64,000 bases of DNA from a virus. Positions 15,660 to 23,710 of this stretch are shown one piece after another; position 1 is the first letter of the stretch; each line of letters begins with the position of its first letter. The position numbers and the translations under genes were made by a program. The notes beneath the pieces are model-generated. The model saw only the letters and a list, made by a program, of their open reading frames with translations, ran no database searches and was not told the origin of the DNA. The DNA lies in the IMG/VR virus record IMGVR_UViG_3300032157_000005, positions 1 to 64,000 of that record. One strand, written 5' to 3'.

Positions 15660-16563
15660 CCAGCGCGGCGGCGGCATCACCTGGACGGAAAAGACCTGGA
15701 ACCCGATCCGGGGCTGCCGGCGGATCAGCGACGAGTGCACCCGGTGCTATGCCGAAATCACGGCCGGCCGGTTTTGCGGGGAAGGCCAGCCCTACCACGG
15801 CCTGGCGACCCTGACCCCGAGCGGGCCCCGGTGGACCGGGGTGATCCGGATGGTCGAAGACCACCTGGAAGATCCCCTGCGGTGGACGCGGCCCCAGCTG
15901 GTGTTCGTGAACAGCATGTCGGACCTGTTCTACGACGACCTGCCCGTGGCCGACATCGACCGGATCGTCCTGGTGATGGCCCTGGCCGGTCGGCACACCT
16001 TCCAGGTGCTGACGAAACGCTACAAGCGGATGGCCAGCTACCTGGCCGATCCGGATACGCCCTGGCGGCTGGGGCAGCTGTTCAGCAGCGGGTTCCCCGG
16101 CGGGCCGTTCACGAAGCGGCGGGCCGAATGGTTCACGACGGTGATGCAGCGGCCGGCCCCGAAGGCCCAGAACGTGGCGGTGACCTGGCCCCTGCCGAAC
16201 GTCTGGTGGGGGTTCAGCGCGGGCCGGCAGGACACGTTCGACCAGGCGATGGCCCACCTGGCCACCCCGAAGGTCCGGGCCGGCGCGGCTGTGATCTGGT
16301 GGTCGGCAGAACCCCTGCTGGAAGCCATCGAACCTGGGATGCACCTGTCGGCCCTGGACTGGGCGGTGGCTGGCGGGGAGTCACAGGACGGCTGCCGGCC
16401 CATGAACGACGCCTGGGCCCGGACGATCTGGACCCGGTGCGCGGACCTGGGCGTGGCCTTCCACATGAAGCAGCTGGGCGGCCACCCGAACCCCCGGAAG
16501 AAACTGCACGAATTGCCCCCGGATCTTCAGATCCGGGACTATCCACGAACGGCGAAGCGATGA
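15652..16563 (+). CDS. Phage Gp37/Gp68 (DUF5131) family protein
   Basis: ITWTEKTWNPIRGCRRISDECTRCYAE N-terminal signature, then LVFVNSMSDLF. Confidence 0.8.
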   Translation: MADQRGGGITWTEKTWNPIRGCRRISDECTRCYAEITAGRFCGEGQPYHGLATLTPSGPRWTGVIRMVEDHLEDPLRWTRPQLVFVNSMSDLFYDDLPVADIDRIVLVMALAGRHTFQVLTKRYKRMASYLADPDTPWRLGQLFSSGFPGGPFTKRRAEWFTTVMQRPAPKAQNVAVTWPLPNVWWGFSAGRQDTFDQAMAHLATPKVRAGAAVIWWSAEPLLEAIEPGMHLSALDWAVAGGESQDGCRPMNDAWARTIWTRCADLGVAFHMKQLGGHPNPRKKLHELPPDLQIRDYPRTAKR

Positions 16564-17282
16564 AAGGCGGCAGCAGGATGTTCGGCAAACCGAATCAATA
16601 CGGCACGGTGTCCGGGTTCAACGTCAGGGTGAAGGACGAACGGGAAAAGGACCGGAACCACCTGGTGGAAGTCACGTTCGAACTGCCCCTGACGTTCGAC
16701 CTGGCGGACGAAATCAGCCCGGCCATCGCCAGGGACCTGTTCAACGACGTGAAGGGGGACTGGACCCCGAAGCCGGAAATCAGCAACCTGGGCATGAATA
16801 TCGCCCCGGAAACCCAGCTGATGACGGTCCGGACCCACCCGGACCTGGACCCGGAAGTCCGGGTGGCTGGTGTCGGGCTGCGGAAGATCACGGCGAAAAA
16901 GGCGGAAGCCGGCAGCTGGATCCTGGCCTTCACGGCGACCTGGACCCTGGGCGACCCGAAGGAAGTGGTGGCGATGATCCACCGGCTGAAGCTGGGCGTT
17001 TACCTGACGTTCGAAGTGCAGGAACCCCAGCTGGATCTGACCGGGAACCAGCACGACATCGTGGACGGCGAAGTCGTCAACAGTGCGAAGGTGGACAAAG
17101 GCGGGAACGTCACGTCCATCACGTCGAAGCCGAAGCGGAAGCGGAAGAAATCACCCGAGCAGGAAGCGAAGGACCAGGAAGACCAGGCCAGGAAGGCCCT
17201 GCCCCCTGGCGACGACCCGAACGGCGGCGACGACCAGCCCCCGGCGGACGAACCTGCCGGCGACCAGCCGGCCGGCGAGTAA
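16560..17282 (+). CDS. Hypothetical protein with a Lys-rich then acidic/Pro-rich tail
   Basis: ATGA overlap at 16560 in ORF 15735..17282. 240 aa with preferred codons. Confidence 0.65.
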   Translation: MKGGSRMFGKPNQYGTVSGFNVRVKDEREKDRNHLVEVTFELPLTFDLADEISPAIARDLFNDVKGDWTPKPEISNLGMNIAPETQLMTVRTHPDLDPEVRVAGVGLRKITAKKAEAGSWILAFTATWTLGDPKEVVAMIHRLKLGVYLTFEVQEPQLDLTGNQHDIVDGEVVNSAKVDKGGNVTSITSKPKRKRKKSPEQEAKDQEDQARKALPPGDDPNGGDDQPPADEPAGDQPAGE

Positions 17283-17310
17283 CCCAGCGGACACGGAAAG
17301 GGACAGGACG

Positions 17311-17688
17311 ATGAAACGGACGACGATGCTGCTGCTGGCCGTGGTGGCCCTGGTGCTGGTGGCAGCCAGGGGCCAGACCCAGACGAATATCCGGAACCCG
17401 ACCGGCTACGAATTCACGGCCAGCACCGATCACACCCTGATCGACCGTTACGACCTGGATATCCTGAACGCGGCCGGCACGGTGATCCAAACCCTGAACA
17501 TTGGGAAGCCGACCCCGAACGGGACCGGCCTGATCACCGGGGCCCTGAACGTCCAGCCGATCACGTTCGGAGCCGGCTACAGCATCCAGGTCCGGGCGAT
17601 TGTCGGGACGGTGGCATCGGACAATGCCGTGTCCAGTAACAAGTTCGACCGGGTGCCGGGTAAGCCTGGCCTGCCCCTGCTGAAGTAG
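17311..17688 (+). CDS. Secreted small protein (Sec-type signal peptide)
   Basis: MKRTTMLLLAVVALVLVAARGQ signal-like N-terminus followed by a beta-rich body. Confidence 0.65.
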   Translation: MKRTTMLLLAVVALVLVAARGQTQTNIRNPTGYEFTASTDHTLIDRYDLDILNAAGTVIQTLNIGKPTPNGTGLITGALNVQPITFGAGYSIQVRAIVGTVASDNAVSSNKFDRVPGKPGLPLLK

Positions 17689-18096
17689 GTGGGCTGGCGG
17701 CGGCGCGGCGGGCACCCGGACGCGAACCAGGGCGACGTGCTGAAGTTCGCCCGGAAGCGGCTGGGCCTGCGGAAGGACAACGCGGTGGTGACCACCGGGA
17801 TCGGCTACGGGTTCCCGGACAACGTGTTCGGGTTCCACGGTCTGACGATCCTGGTGGAAGTAAAGGGGCCGGACGGCAAGCTGCGGCAGTCTCAGCTGGA
17901 CTTCATGGCCACCTGGGACGGCGGGCCGATCCTGGTGGTCGATGGGCCGGAAGACCTGTTCCAGCAGCTGATCGACCTGGACAAGCGGACGCCCCCGGTG
18001 CGGGCCCTGCCGGCGGACTTCGGCGCGGCAGTGCTGGCGGCCCTGGCGGCGAGTGCAGAAGGCGAATCTACGGCTGGGGGACGCGGTGCTGTATGA
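17689..18096 (+). CDS. VRR-NUC domain nuclease
   Basis: GYGFPDNVFGFHGLTILVEVKGPDGKLRQSQLDF fits the PD..(D/E)xK VRR-NUC core. Confidence 0.75.
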   Translation: MGWRRRGGHPDANQGDVLKFARKRLGLRKDNAVVTTGIGYGFPDNVFGFHGLTILVEVKGPDGKLRQSQLDFMATWDGGPILVVDGPEDLFQQLIDLDKRTPPVRALPADFGAAVLAALAASAEGESTAGGRGAV

Positions 18097-18664
18097 CGTT
18101 CACTACTGGGATCCCCCGTGGGAATTCCAGAACGAAAAGACGGGCGGTTCCTTCCGGTCGGGAGCCAGCCAGAAGTATCCGGTGATGGCCCTGGCGGCCA
18201 TCCAGCAGCTGCCGGTGGCAGCGGCGGCGACCCCGAACGCGGCCCTGTTCCTGTGGGTCCCGACCCGGCTGAAGTTCAGCCACGGCCTGACGACGGCCCT
18301 GGCCTGGGGGTTCCCCCACTACCAGACGACCGTTTACTGGCAGAAGACCCGGCTGGGGATGGGCTACTGGTTCCGGAACGTGGTGGAAGAACTGCTGGTG
18401 TTCACGAAGGGCGACGTGGCCCCGTTCAAGTGCCAGCTGCCCAACTTCCTGAGCCTGCCGGCGGGTGAGCATTCCGCGAAGCCGGACGAATTCCGGAAGC
18501 TGATCGAAACAGCGACGGGCCAGATCAGCCGGCGGCATTGCCTGGAAGGGTTCGCCCGGAAGCCGGTGCCGGGCTGGACTGGGATCGGGAACCAGGTGAC
18601 CGGCAACCCGATCACCGTGGACCTGCGAAGCCTGGCCCTGGAACAGGCGGTCTACGGTCGATGA
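18053..18664 (+). CDS. MT-A70-family N6-adenine DNA methyltransferase
   Basis: DPPW motif 20 residues from the GTG start, plus LFLWV and WxK blocks. Ends at a TGA that is in frame with an 87-codon open extension. Confidence 0.85.
   Translation: MQKANLRLGDAVLYDVHYWDPPWEFQNEKTGGSFRSGASQKYPVMALAAIQQLPVAAAATPNAALFLWVPTRLKFSHGLTTALAWGFPHYQTTVYWQKTRLGMGYWFRNVVEELLVFTKGDVAPFKCQLPNFLSLPAGEHSAKPDEFRKLIETATGQISRRHCLEGFARKPVPGWTGIGNQVTGNPITVDLRSLALEQAVYGR
18061..18076 (+). repeat. Copy A of the 16-nt element GGCGAATCTACGGCTG
   Basis: Exact match to copies at 45917 and 57201. CGGCGCGGCAG lies at 18021-18031. Confidence 0.9.
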
Positions 18665-18721
18665 TCCACGTGGCCGGCATCCTATTCGCGGGCATGCAGT
18701 TTCTGCACCAGGTGCGGCGAC

Positions 18722-18925
18722 GTGCTGACCGACTACCGTGGGGCGATGGTCCCGGAAGGCCAGGGCAGCCTGGCCGGCTGGCAGGCGGGGGCCTTTGTGG
18801 AGTCGGGTGGAGTGAACCCGACCTGGCAGGCCCTGACCAGCGACCCACCGAACTGCCCGGTGATCGGCGCGGACGCGATGGCCGTCAAGCTGCTGGCGGC
18901 CCGGAACGAATGGCGGACAATCTGA
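18722..18925 (+). CDS. Hypothetical small protein, or a C-terminal extension of the methyltransferase
   Basis: Same frame as 18053..18664. No canonical start between the TGA (18662-18664) and GTG 18722, although that stretch encodes CSFCTRCG. Confidence 0.4.
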   Translation: MLTDYRGAMVPEGQGSLAGWQAGAFVESGGVNPTWQALTSDPPNCPVIGADAMAVKLLAARNEWRTI

Positions 18926-18938
18926 AAGGGGGACGGTG

Positions 18939-19073
18939 ATGATCTGGACGATCCTGCTGGTGGTGGCCCTGGTGCTGGTGATCATGGACCTGGTGCGAAG
19001 CCAGGGGAAGAACCTGACGGCCTGGGCGGTGCTGATCCTGATCCTGCAGATCCTGCTGCCGGCGATCCGGTGA
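18939..19073 (+). CDS. Small membrane protein (44 aa)
   Basis: AAAGGGGGACGGTG upstream. MIWTILLVVALVLVIMDLV..AVLILILQILLPAIR. Its stop overlaps the next GTG (GTGA). Confidence 0.5.
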   Translation: MIWTILLVVALVLVIMDLVRSQGKNLTAWAVLILILQILLPAIR

Positions 19074-19276
19074 AGGACCGGATCTGCAGCCAGCCAGTCG
19101 GCCGTGGCACGGTCGGGGAGAACCGGCGATGCGGAGCCCTGGCCCTGCCGGACTGGACGATATGCGCGGCCCACCTGGCGGCGGCGCGGGCGCGGAAGCA
19201 ATGGACCGAAGACGAAATCACCCGGCGGTTCCGGTATCGGTTCGAAGGGGGCGACAGTGGGCACGTTCACCAGTAG
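19070..19276 (+). CDS. Hypothetical small protein
   Basis: GTGA coupling. 68 aa. Confidence 0.5.
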   Translation: MKDRICSQPVGRGTVGENRRCGALALPDWTICAAHLAAARARKQWTEDEITRRFRYRFEGGDSGHVHQ

Positions 19277-19490
19277 CGGCAAGGAATACCACCAGCCGGC
19301 GGTGCCGGCGGACTACGACGGGAAGCCTGGCCTGGCGAAAGCCTGGAAGGTCGGGTGGAACCGGGGGATCTATTCTGACTTCGCGGTCTTCAAGACCTAC
19401 CGGCGCGGGGCCTACCAGGCGGCCCACGATGCCGGTCTAAAGGCGGCGCGGGACCAGCGGCGGGCGGCCGGCGAACAGGTGCGCGACTGA
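19257..19490 (+). CDS. Hypothetical small protein
   Basis: GTG 19257 with GAAGGGGG upstream, in ORF 19104..19490. Confidence 0.55.
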   Translation: MGTFTSSGKEYHQPAVPADYDGKPGLAKAWKVGWNRGIYSDFAVFKTYRRGAYQAAHDAGLKAARDQRRAAGEQVRD

Positions 19491-19798
19491 TGGCGGCCGA
19501 CCTGCCGGCCCCGGTGCACCGGCCACCCTGCACCTGCATTGCGACGGACCAGACCGTAGACCTGGCCTGTGTCTGCGGCGACGTGGAACGGTGCCTGCGG
19601 GGCTGGGTGGCGAAGTATCCCATGCCGGCCATGACGGCCGAACAGCGGGCCTGGTGTGCCGATGAAGTCGAACGCCAGGGCGACAGCACCGACCAGCCTG
19701 GCCGGCTGGAACTGCTGCAGATGGGGGACGCCAGCCTGGCGGACGCGGTGCTGCGGGGCTGGCAGGACTACGCCAGGGACAAGGGGATGATCCCGTGA
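19490..19798 (+). CDS. Cys-rich hypothetical protein
   Basis: TGATG overlap. 102 aa. Confidence 0.6.
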   Translation: MAADLPAPVHRPPCTCIATDQTVDLACVCGDVERCLRGWVAKYPMPAMTAEQRAWCADEVERQGDSTDQPGRLELLQMGDASLADAVLRGWQDYARDKGMIP

Positions 19799-20346
19799 TC
19801 GTGCACCTGACGGACGGCGAACTGCGGGCGGCGGCCTTCCTGGGCGGCCGGCGCGACGAAGCCAGCCGGGCGCGTGGCCTGAAGGCGGGGCACGGGTTCG
19901 GGGCCGAGTCGAACACGGACGCGGCGGCGGCCATCGACATCCTGGGCGCGGAAGGGGAATACGCGGTGGCGAAGGCCCTGGGGCTGCCGATGCCGGACAC
20001 CGTGAACACGTTCAAGCTGCCCGACCTGCCGGGCCGGCTGCAGGTCCGGGCATCGAACCACCCGAAGTGCCACCTGCTGGTCCGACCGAAGGACGCGGAC
20101 GGGGACAACTTCATCCTGGTCCAGGCCCTGGGCGGCGGACGCTACGACGTGCTGGGGTGGCTGCCAGGCCGAGCGGCGAAGCGGCGGGAATTCGAATACG
20201 CGAAGAACGGCCGGCCCCCGGTCTACCTGGTGCCCAGGGGGAAGCTGCGGGCGGTGGACGATCTGCGGCCGAAGCAGCAGCGGCAGGTGCCGGCGGCGGC
20301 CGGGCGCGTGGCCAGGGACTTGTCGGCGGATGAAATCTCATGGTGA
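19795..20346 (+). CDS. Hypothetical protein
   Basis: GTGA overlap. 183 aa. GAEGEYAVAKALG block. Nuclease-like fold not established. Confidence 0.6.
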   Translation: MIVHLTDGELRAAAFLGGRRDEASRARGLKAGHGFGAESNTDAAAAIDILGAEGEYAVAKALGLPMPDTVNTFKLPDLPGRLQVRASNHPKCHLLVRPKDADGDNFILVQALGGGRYDVLGWLPGRAAKRREFEYAKNGRPPVYLVPRGKLRAVDDLRPKQQRQVPAAAGRVARDLSADEISW

Positions 20347-20909
20347 TGAAGCGAACGATCACCCTGGGCGCGTGGCAGCTGAAGCTGGGGATCCGGCTGG
20401 ACGGCTGGCACTGGGCGTTCGGGTTCGGGGCCGACATGCACAGCTGGCGGACCCTCTACCCCTGGCTGCACGGCGGGCTGTTCGTCGGCCCCCTGGCCAT
20501 CGACCTGGACGTGACCAGGCCCCTGCCCGAGCAGCCGGCGGCGGCCCACGACTACACCCGGCATCGCTACTGGCGGGAATTCGAACGCGGGTTCAGCACG
20601 AACGGCGCGGGCTGCCGAACCACCTGTATCTGCGGGCGGGTCTTCTACAACCCGAACGGCGGCTGGGACTGGGAAGACGGCGAACTGGACGCCCTGGCGG
20701 CGGACCCGAACGCCACCCCGGTGGACTGGTCCTGCGGGGAAATCATCATCGACGGGCGGGCGTTCGCCCTGGACTGCAGCTGCTGGCACGAACGCGGCCG
20801 GCGGATCCTGGAATGGTGCCTGGGCCATGACGATGAAATCGCGGAATTCCTGAAGGAAGTGAAGACGGCGAAGGAACTGGCGGCGCGTGTAGCCCCCACG
20901 GTGACCTGA
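20340..20909 (+). CDS. Hypothetical Trp/Cys-rich protein
   Basis: 189 aa with preferred codons. Confidence 0.65.
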   Translation: MVMKRTITLGAWQLKLGIRLDGWHWAFGFGADMHSWRTLYPWLHGGLFVGPLAIDLDVTRPLPEQPAAAHDYTRHRYWREFERGFSTNGAGCRTTCICGRVFYNPNGGWDWEDGELDALAADPNATPVDWSCGEIIIDGRAFALDCSCWHERGRRILEWCLGHDDEIAEFLKEVKTAKELAARVAPTVT

Positions 20910-21082
20910 TGCGCTACAAGCCCGACAACGTGCGATATCGGCGGGACACCCCCTACGGGCCGGGCTACGTGGTCCGGATGCCGGACGGGTCCGACGAATG
21001 GTTCCGGTATGCCTGGCAGGCGACGGCACGGGCGAACGGGTGGACGCCACCGAAGCCGGCCCCGAAGGTGCCCGAGCAGTGA
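20909..21082 (+). CDS. Hypothetical small protein (57 aa)
   Basis: TGATG overlap at the start and GTGA overlap at the end. Below the track cutoff. Preferred codons. Confidence 0.5.
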   Translation: MRYKPDNVRYRRDTPYGPGYVVRMPDGSDEWFRYAWQATARANGWTPPKPAPKVPEQ

Positions 21083-21582
21083 AAGACCTGTCCCACCTGT
21101 CCCGGCACGGGCGGCTGCTGCGGCTGCAAGCGTTCGGGCTGCACGTCCTGGGCGGCCTGACCTACTACCAGATCGCGGTGAAGATCGGGATCGCGGATGC
21201 GAACCCATCGACGGCGGCGGGCCGAGCCAGGACCAGGGTGCAGCAGGGCTGGAACATCGTCCGGCAGCACCCGGTGACCCGGTGGGATCGCTACTACACC
21301 GGGACGAAGTATCCCTGGAACGGCTGGGAATCGGTGCGCGGGGCCCGGCTGTGGACCCACCCCAGGGCGGACGCGGAACCCCCGAAGCTGGAACCTACCC
21401 CGTTCGAACTACTGCAGGCGCGTATCGCGGACCTGGAAGCGGACGCCAGGGGCCAGGTCGGACGACCGATGCCGGACGGTCGGCTGTTCCAGCAGGCGGC
21501 GGACGCCCTGCGGAACCTGGGCGCGGCCCTGCGTTACAACCATCGGGAAATGACGGCGGACCCGAAGACAGGAACCAAATGA
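21079..21582 (+). CDS. Sigma70-region-4/LuxR-like HTH protein
   Basis: GTG 21079 in ORF 20998..21582. LLRLQAFGLHVLGGLTYYQIAVKIGIADANPSTAAGRARTRV resembles a region-4-type HTH. Confidence 0.5.
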   Translation: MKDLSHLSRHGRLLRLQAFGLHVLGGLTYYQIAVKIGIADANPSTAAGRARTRVQQGWNIVRQHPVTRWDRYYTGTKYPWNGWESVRGARLWTHPRADAEPPKLEPTPFELLQARIADLEADARGQVGRPMPDGRLFQQAADALRNLGAALRYNHREMTADPKTGTK

Positions 21583-21761
21583 ACCAGGAACAGACCGAAG
21601 CCCCCAGCTGCCGGCGACTGGCCGACAAGGTGATGACGACGGAAGCCTGGCTGGCGAAGCACCGGGACCACGGCGACCTGAGCACGGAAGATGCCGGGCA
21701 CCCGTCGGGGACCTGGAAGCACCTGGTGTGCCAGTGCGGCGCGAAGCACCTGACCTGCTGA
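21579..21761 (+). CDS. Hypothetical small protein
   Basis: ATGA overlap. 60 aa. CQCG motif. Confidence 0.5.
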   Translation: MNQEQTEAPSCRRLADKVMTTEAWLAKHRDHGDLSTEDAGHPSGTWKHLVCQCGAKHLTC

Positions 21762-21762
21762 C

Positions 21763-22074
21763 ATGCCTGTCGAAATCTTAACGGCCACGAAGACCGTGAA
21801 CGCCCTGGACGGGATGCGGGACGGCCTGGTGGCGGAAGCCACGGCCGAATTCCCGGACGACAACCCGGTGAAGATCATGCTGTCGGCCATGTTCGGGTGG
21901 TGGGTATCGAACGCCCTGACGGTCTGGGAACCGGACTACATCATCGAACTGCTGGCCACCGTGTTTTCGGCGCGTGGCGTGAAGCTGCAGCTGAAGGGGC
22001 GGATCATCGACCAGCGGCCGGACAAGGTGGCGGCGGACACCCTGGACCTGAGCGTAGACGGGACGGTGCACTGA
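21763..22074 (+). CDS. Hypothetical protein
   Basis: 103 aa with preferred codons. Confidence 0.6.
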   Translation: MPVEILTATKTVNALDGMRDGLVAEATAEFPDDNPVKIMLSAMFGWWVSNALTVWEPDYIIELLATVFSARGVKLQLKGRIIDQRPDKVAADTLDLSVDGTVH

Positions 22075-22075
22075 C

Positions 22076-22351
22076 ATGCTGACGAACGCGGACGACGTGC
22101 TGCGGCGAATCTACTGGGGCGGAACCTGGGCCCACGACACCGAACAGGAACGCGGGCTGGTGAAGGACATCGAACGGGTGGCCATCGACCTGGCCCGGAC
22201 CACGGTGCTGTCGTTCGACCAGGCGGTCCGGGGCCTGTGGGTGCTGGCGGATGCGGGGATGACACCGGACGGCGCGGCCGTGGTGCTGCAGGCGGGGGTG
22301 CCGGCGGCCCTGCTGGCGGACGCCCTACGGGAACACAGCCGGCGGGTGTAA
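22076..22351 (+). CDS. Hypothetical protein
   Basis: 91 aa with preferred codons. Confidence 0.6.
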   Translation: MLTNADDVLRRIYWGGTWAHDTEQERGLVKDIERVAIDLARTTVLSFDQAVRGLWVLADAGMTPDGAAVVLQAGVPAALLADALREHSRRV

Positions 22352-22368
22352 GCTCTACCCACCCCACG

Positions 22369-22995
22369 ATGGAAGCGACCGGAAACCCTATGGACGTGGC
22401 AGACCCCCAGGCAGCACCAGGCGCGAAGCCTGGGAAGAAACGGTGCGGGGCGAAGCTGCGGAACAAGCCCGGTAAACGGTGCCGGAACGACAAGCTGATG
22501 CCGAACGGGCGGTGCCGGCTGCATGGCGGCCTGACCCCGGAAGGGATGGCCAGCCCGAACTGGAAGCACGGCCGGGACTCGAAACACCGATGGCAGGGCA
22601 GCCTGCCGGCGGACACCCTGGGCAAGCGGTTCGACGCGGCCCTGGCGGACCCGACCCTGGCCAGCCTACGGCAGGCCCTGGCCCTGAACGATGCCCTGAT
22701 CACGTCGTTCACGGCGAACCTGAAGAACACCGGGCGGCCGGTGACCCCACTGCAGGAAAAGCGTATCCTGACCCTGCTGAACAGCCAGCGGATGCTGGCC
22801 GGCGACGAAGCCCGGCGGCTGCGGGACCTGGCGGTGATGATCACGGAAACCCAGTTCGCGGTGGTGATCAACACCGTGATCCAGCTGTTCAACGACTACG
22901 TGACGGATCCGAAGGCGAAGCTGGAAGTGCACCGACGACTGCAGCAGGCCCTGGTGGCCAGCCGACGGCCGGCGATAGAAGGGGGTGACGAATGA
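22369..22995 (+). CDS. Zinc-finger (RCRLHGG) protein; small-terminase candidate
   Basis: Start at Met45 of ORF 22237..22995. KRCGAKLRNKPGKRCRNDKLMPNGRCRLHGG followed by a helical C-terminal half. Lies in the packaging region but is not adjacent to TerL. Confidence 0.4.
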   Translation: MEATGNPMDVADPQAAPGAKPGKKRCGAKLRNKPGKRCRNDKLMPNGRCRLHGGLTPEGMASPNWKHGRDSKHRWQGSLPADTLGKRFDAALADPTLASLRQALALNDALITSFTANLKNTGRPVTPLQEKRILTLLNSQRMLAGDEARRLRDLAVMITETQFAVVINTVIQLFNDYVTDPKAKLEVHRRLQQALVASRRPAIEGGDE

Positions 22996-23396
22996 ACCGG
23001 CGGACATTCATGGCGGCGATCACGGGGGCCCTGGGCGGCCTGGTCACGGCGGGGCGGTCAGCCTTCGGCGCGGCGCGGGAAGTCGAACAGAACCTGGGGG
23101 CGTTCCCGTCCTTCTGGCCCCAACTGGGGGAAACCGTGGTCATTACCCAGTGGTTCCCGACCGTCGGCGCGGTGGACTGGCGGATGCGGGTCACCGGGAT
23201 CAGCTGGCAGGTGTCGAACGAACCGGACGACCTGAACGACCGGGGGACCTGGCAGCTGCTGCTGGCCGGCTACAACGTGGACCCCAGCGATATCCGGCGG
23301 ACCTTCAACCTGTCGATCCGGCTGGACCAGGCGAAGTTCTACCAGCGGCGGGGGGAACCCCTGCGGATCGACTGGTGGCCGTGGGGGCGGCGGTGA
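22992..23396 (+). CDS. Small exported protein with a twin-arginine (Tat) signal peptide
   Basis: MNRRTFMAAITGALGGLVTAGRSAFGAA contains an RRxF motif, a hydrophobic core and an AxA-like cleavage region. Confidence 0.65.
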   Translation: MNRRTFMAAITGALGGLVTAGRSAFGAAREVEQNLGAFPSFWPQLGETVVITQWFPTVGAVDWRMRVTGISWQVSNEPDDLNDRGTWQLLLAGYNVDPSDIRRTFNLSIRLDQAKFYQRRGEPLRIDWWPWGRR

Positions 23397-23710
23397 AGTG
23401 CATCCAGAAGGACTGCCAGCGGCCGGCGACATCCCTGCCGGTGATGCTGCTGTATGCCCCGGCCCACCTGGACCCCCTGGGGAAACACCCGGCCCGGTCG
23501 GTCTGCGGGCTGCCGACCTGTGAAGGGTGTAAGCACCTGGTGGACCTGACCTACCTGAACGTCCAGGGGAACATCGACATGATCGGGGCCATGTTCCGGT
23601 CGGTCGGGAAGGCGGCCCCGGACCCGAAGCGGACGAAGCTGACCTGGATCGCCATCGACAGCGACGAAGCGAAGTCCTTCCTGGACCTGAAGCGAACCCG
23701 GCACCAGTGA
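23393..23710 (+). CDS. Hypothetical Cys-rich protein
   Basis: GTGA overlap in ORF 22985..23710. 105 aa. Confidence 0.5.
   Translation: MKCIQKDCQRPATSLPVMLLYAPAHLDPLGKHPARSVCGLPTCEGCKHLVDLTYLNVQGNIDMIGAMFRSVGKAAPDPKRTKLTWIAIDSDEAKSFLDLKRTRHQ

Noticed and set aside
18662-18700. Selenocysteine insertion at the in-frame TGA of the methyltransferase.
   Set aside because: I could find no SECIS-like stem-loop in the 40 nt downstream. TGA functions as an ordinary stop in dozens of ATGA/GTGA junctions here.
18661-18725. A +1 ribosomal frameshift from the ATG 18661 frame into the 18722-18925 frame.
   Set aside because: No slippery or re-pairing-competent codon pair exists at the CGG CGA C junction. 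The in-frame TGA relationship to the methyltransferase, or an indel, explains the pattern more simply.
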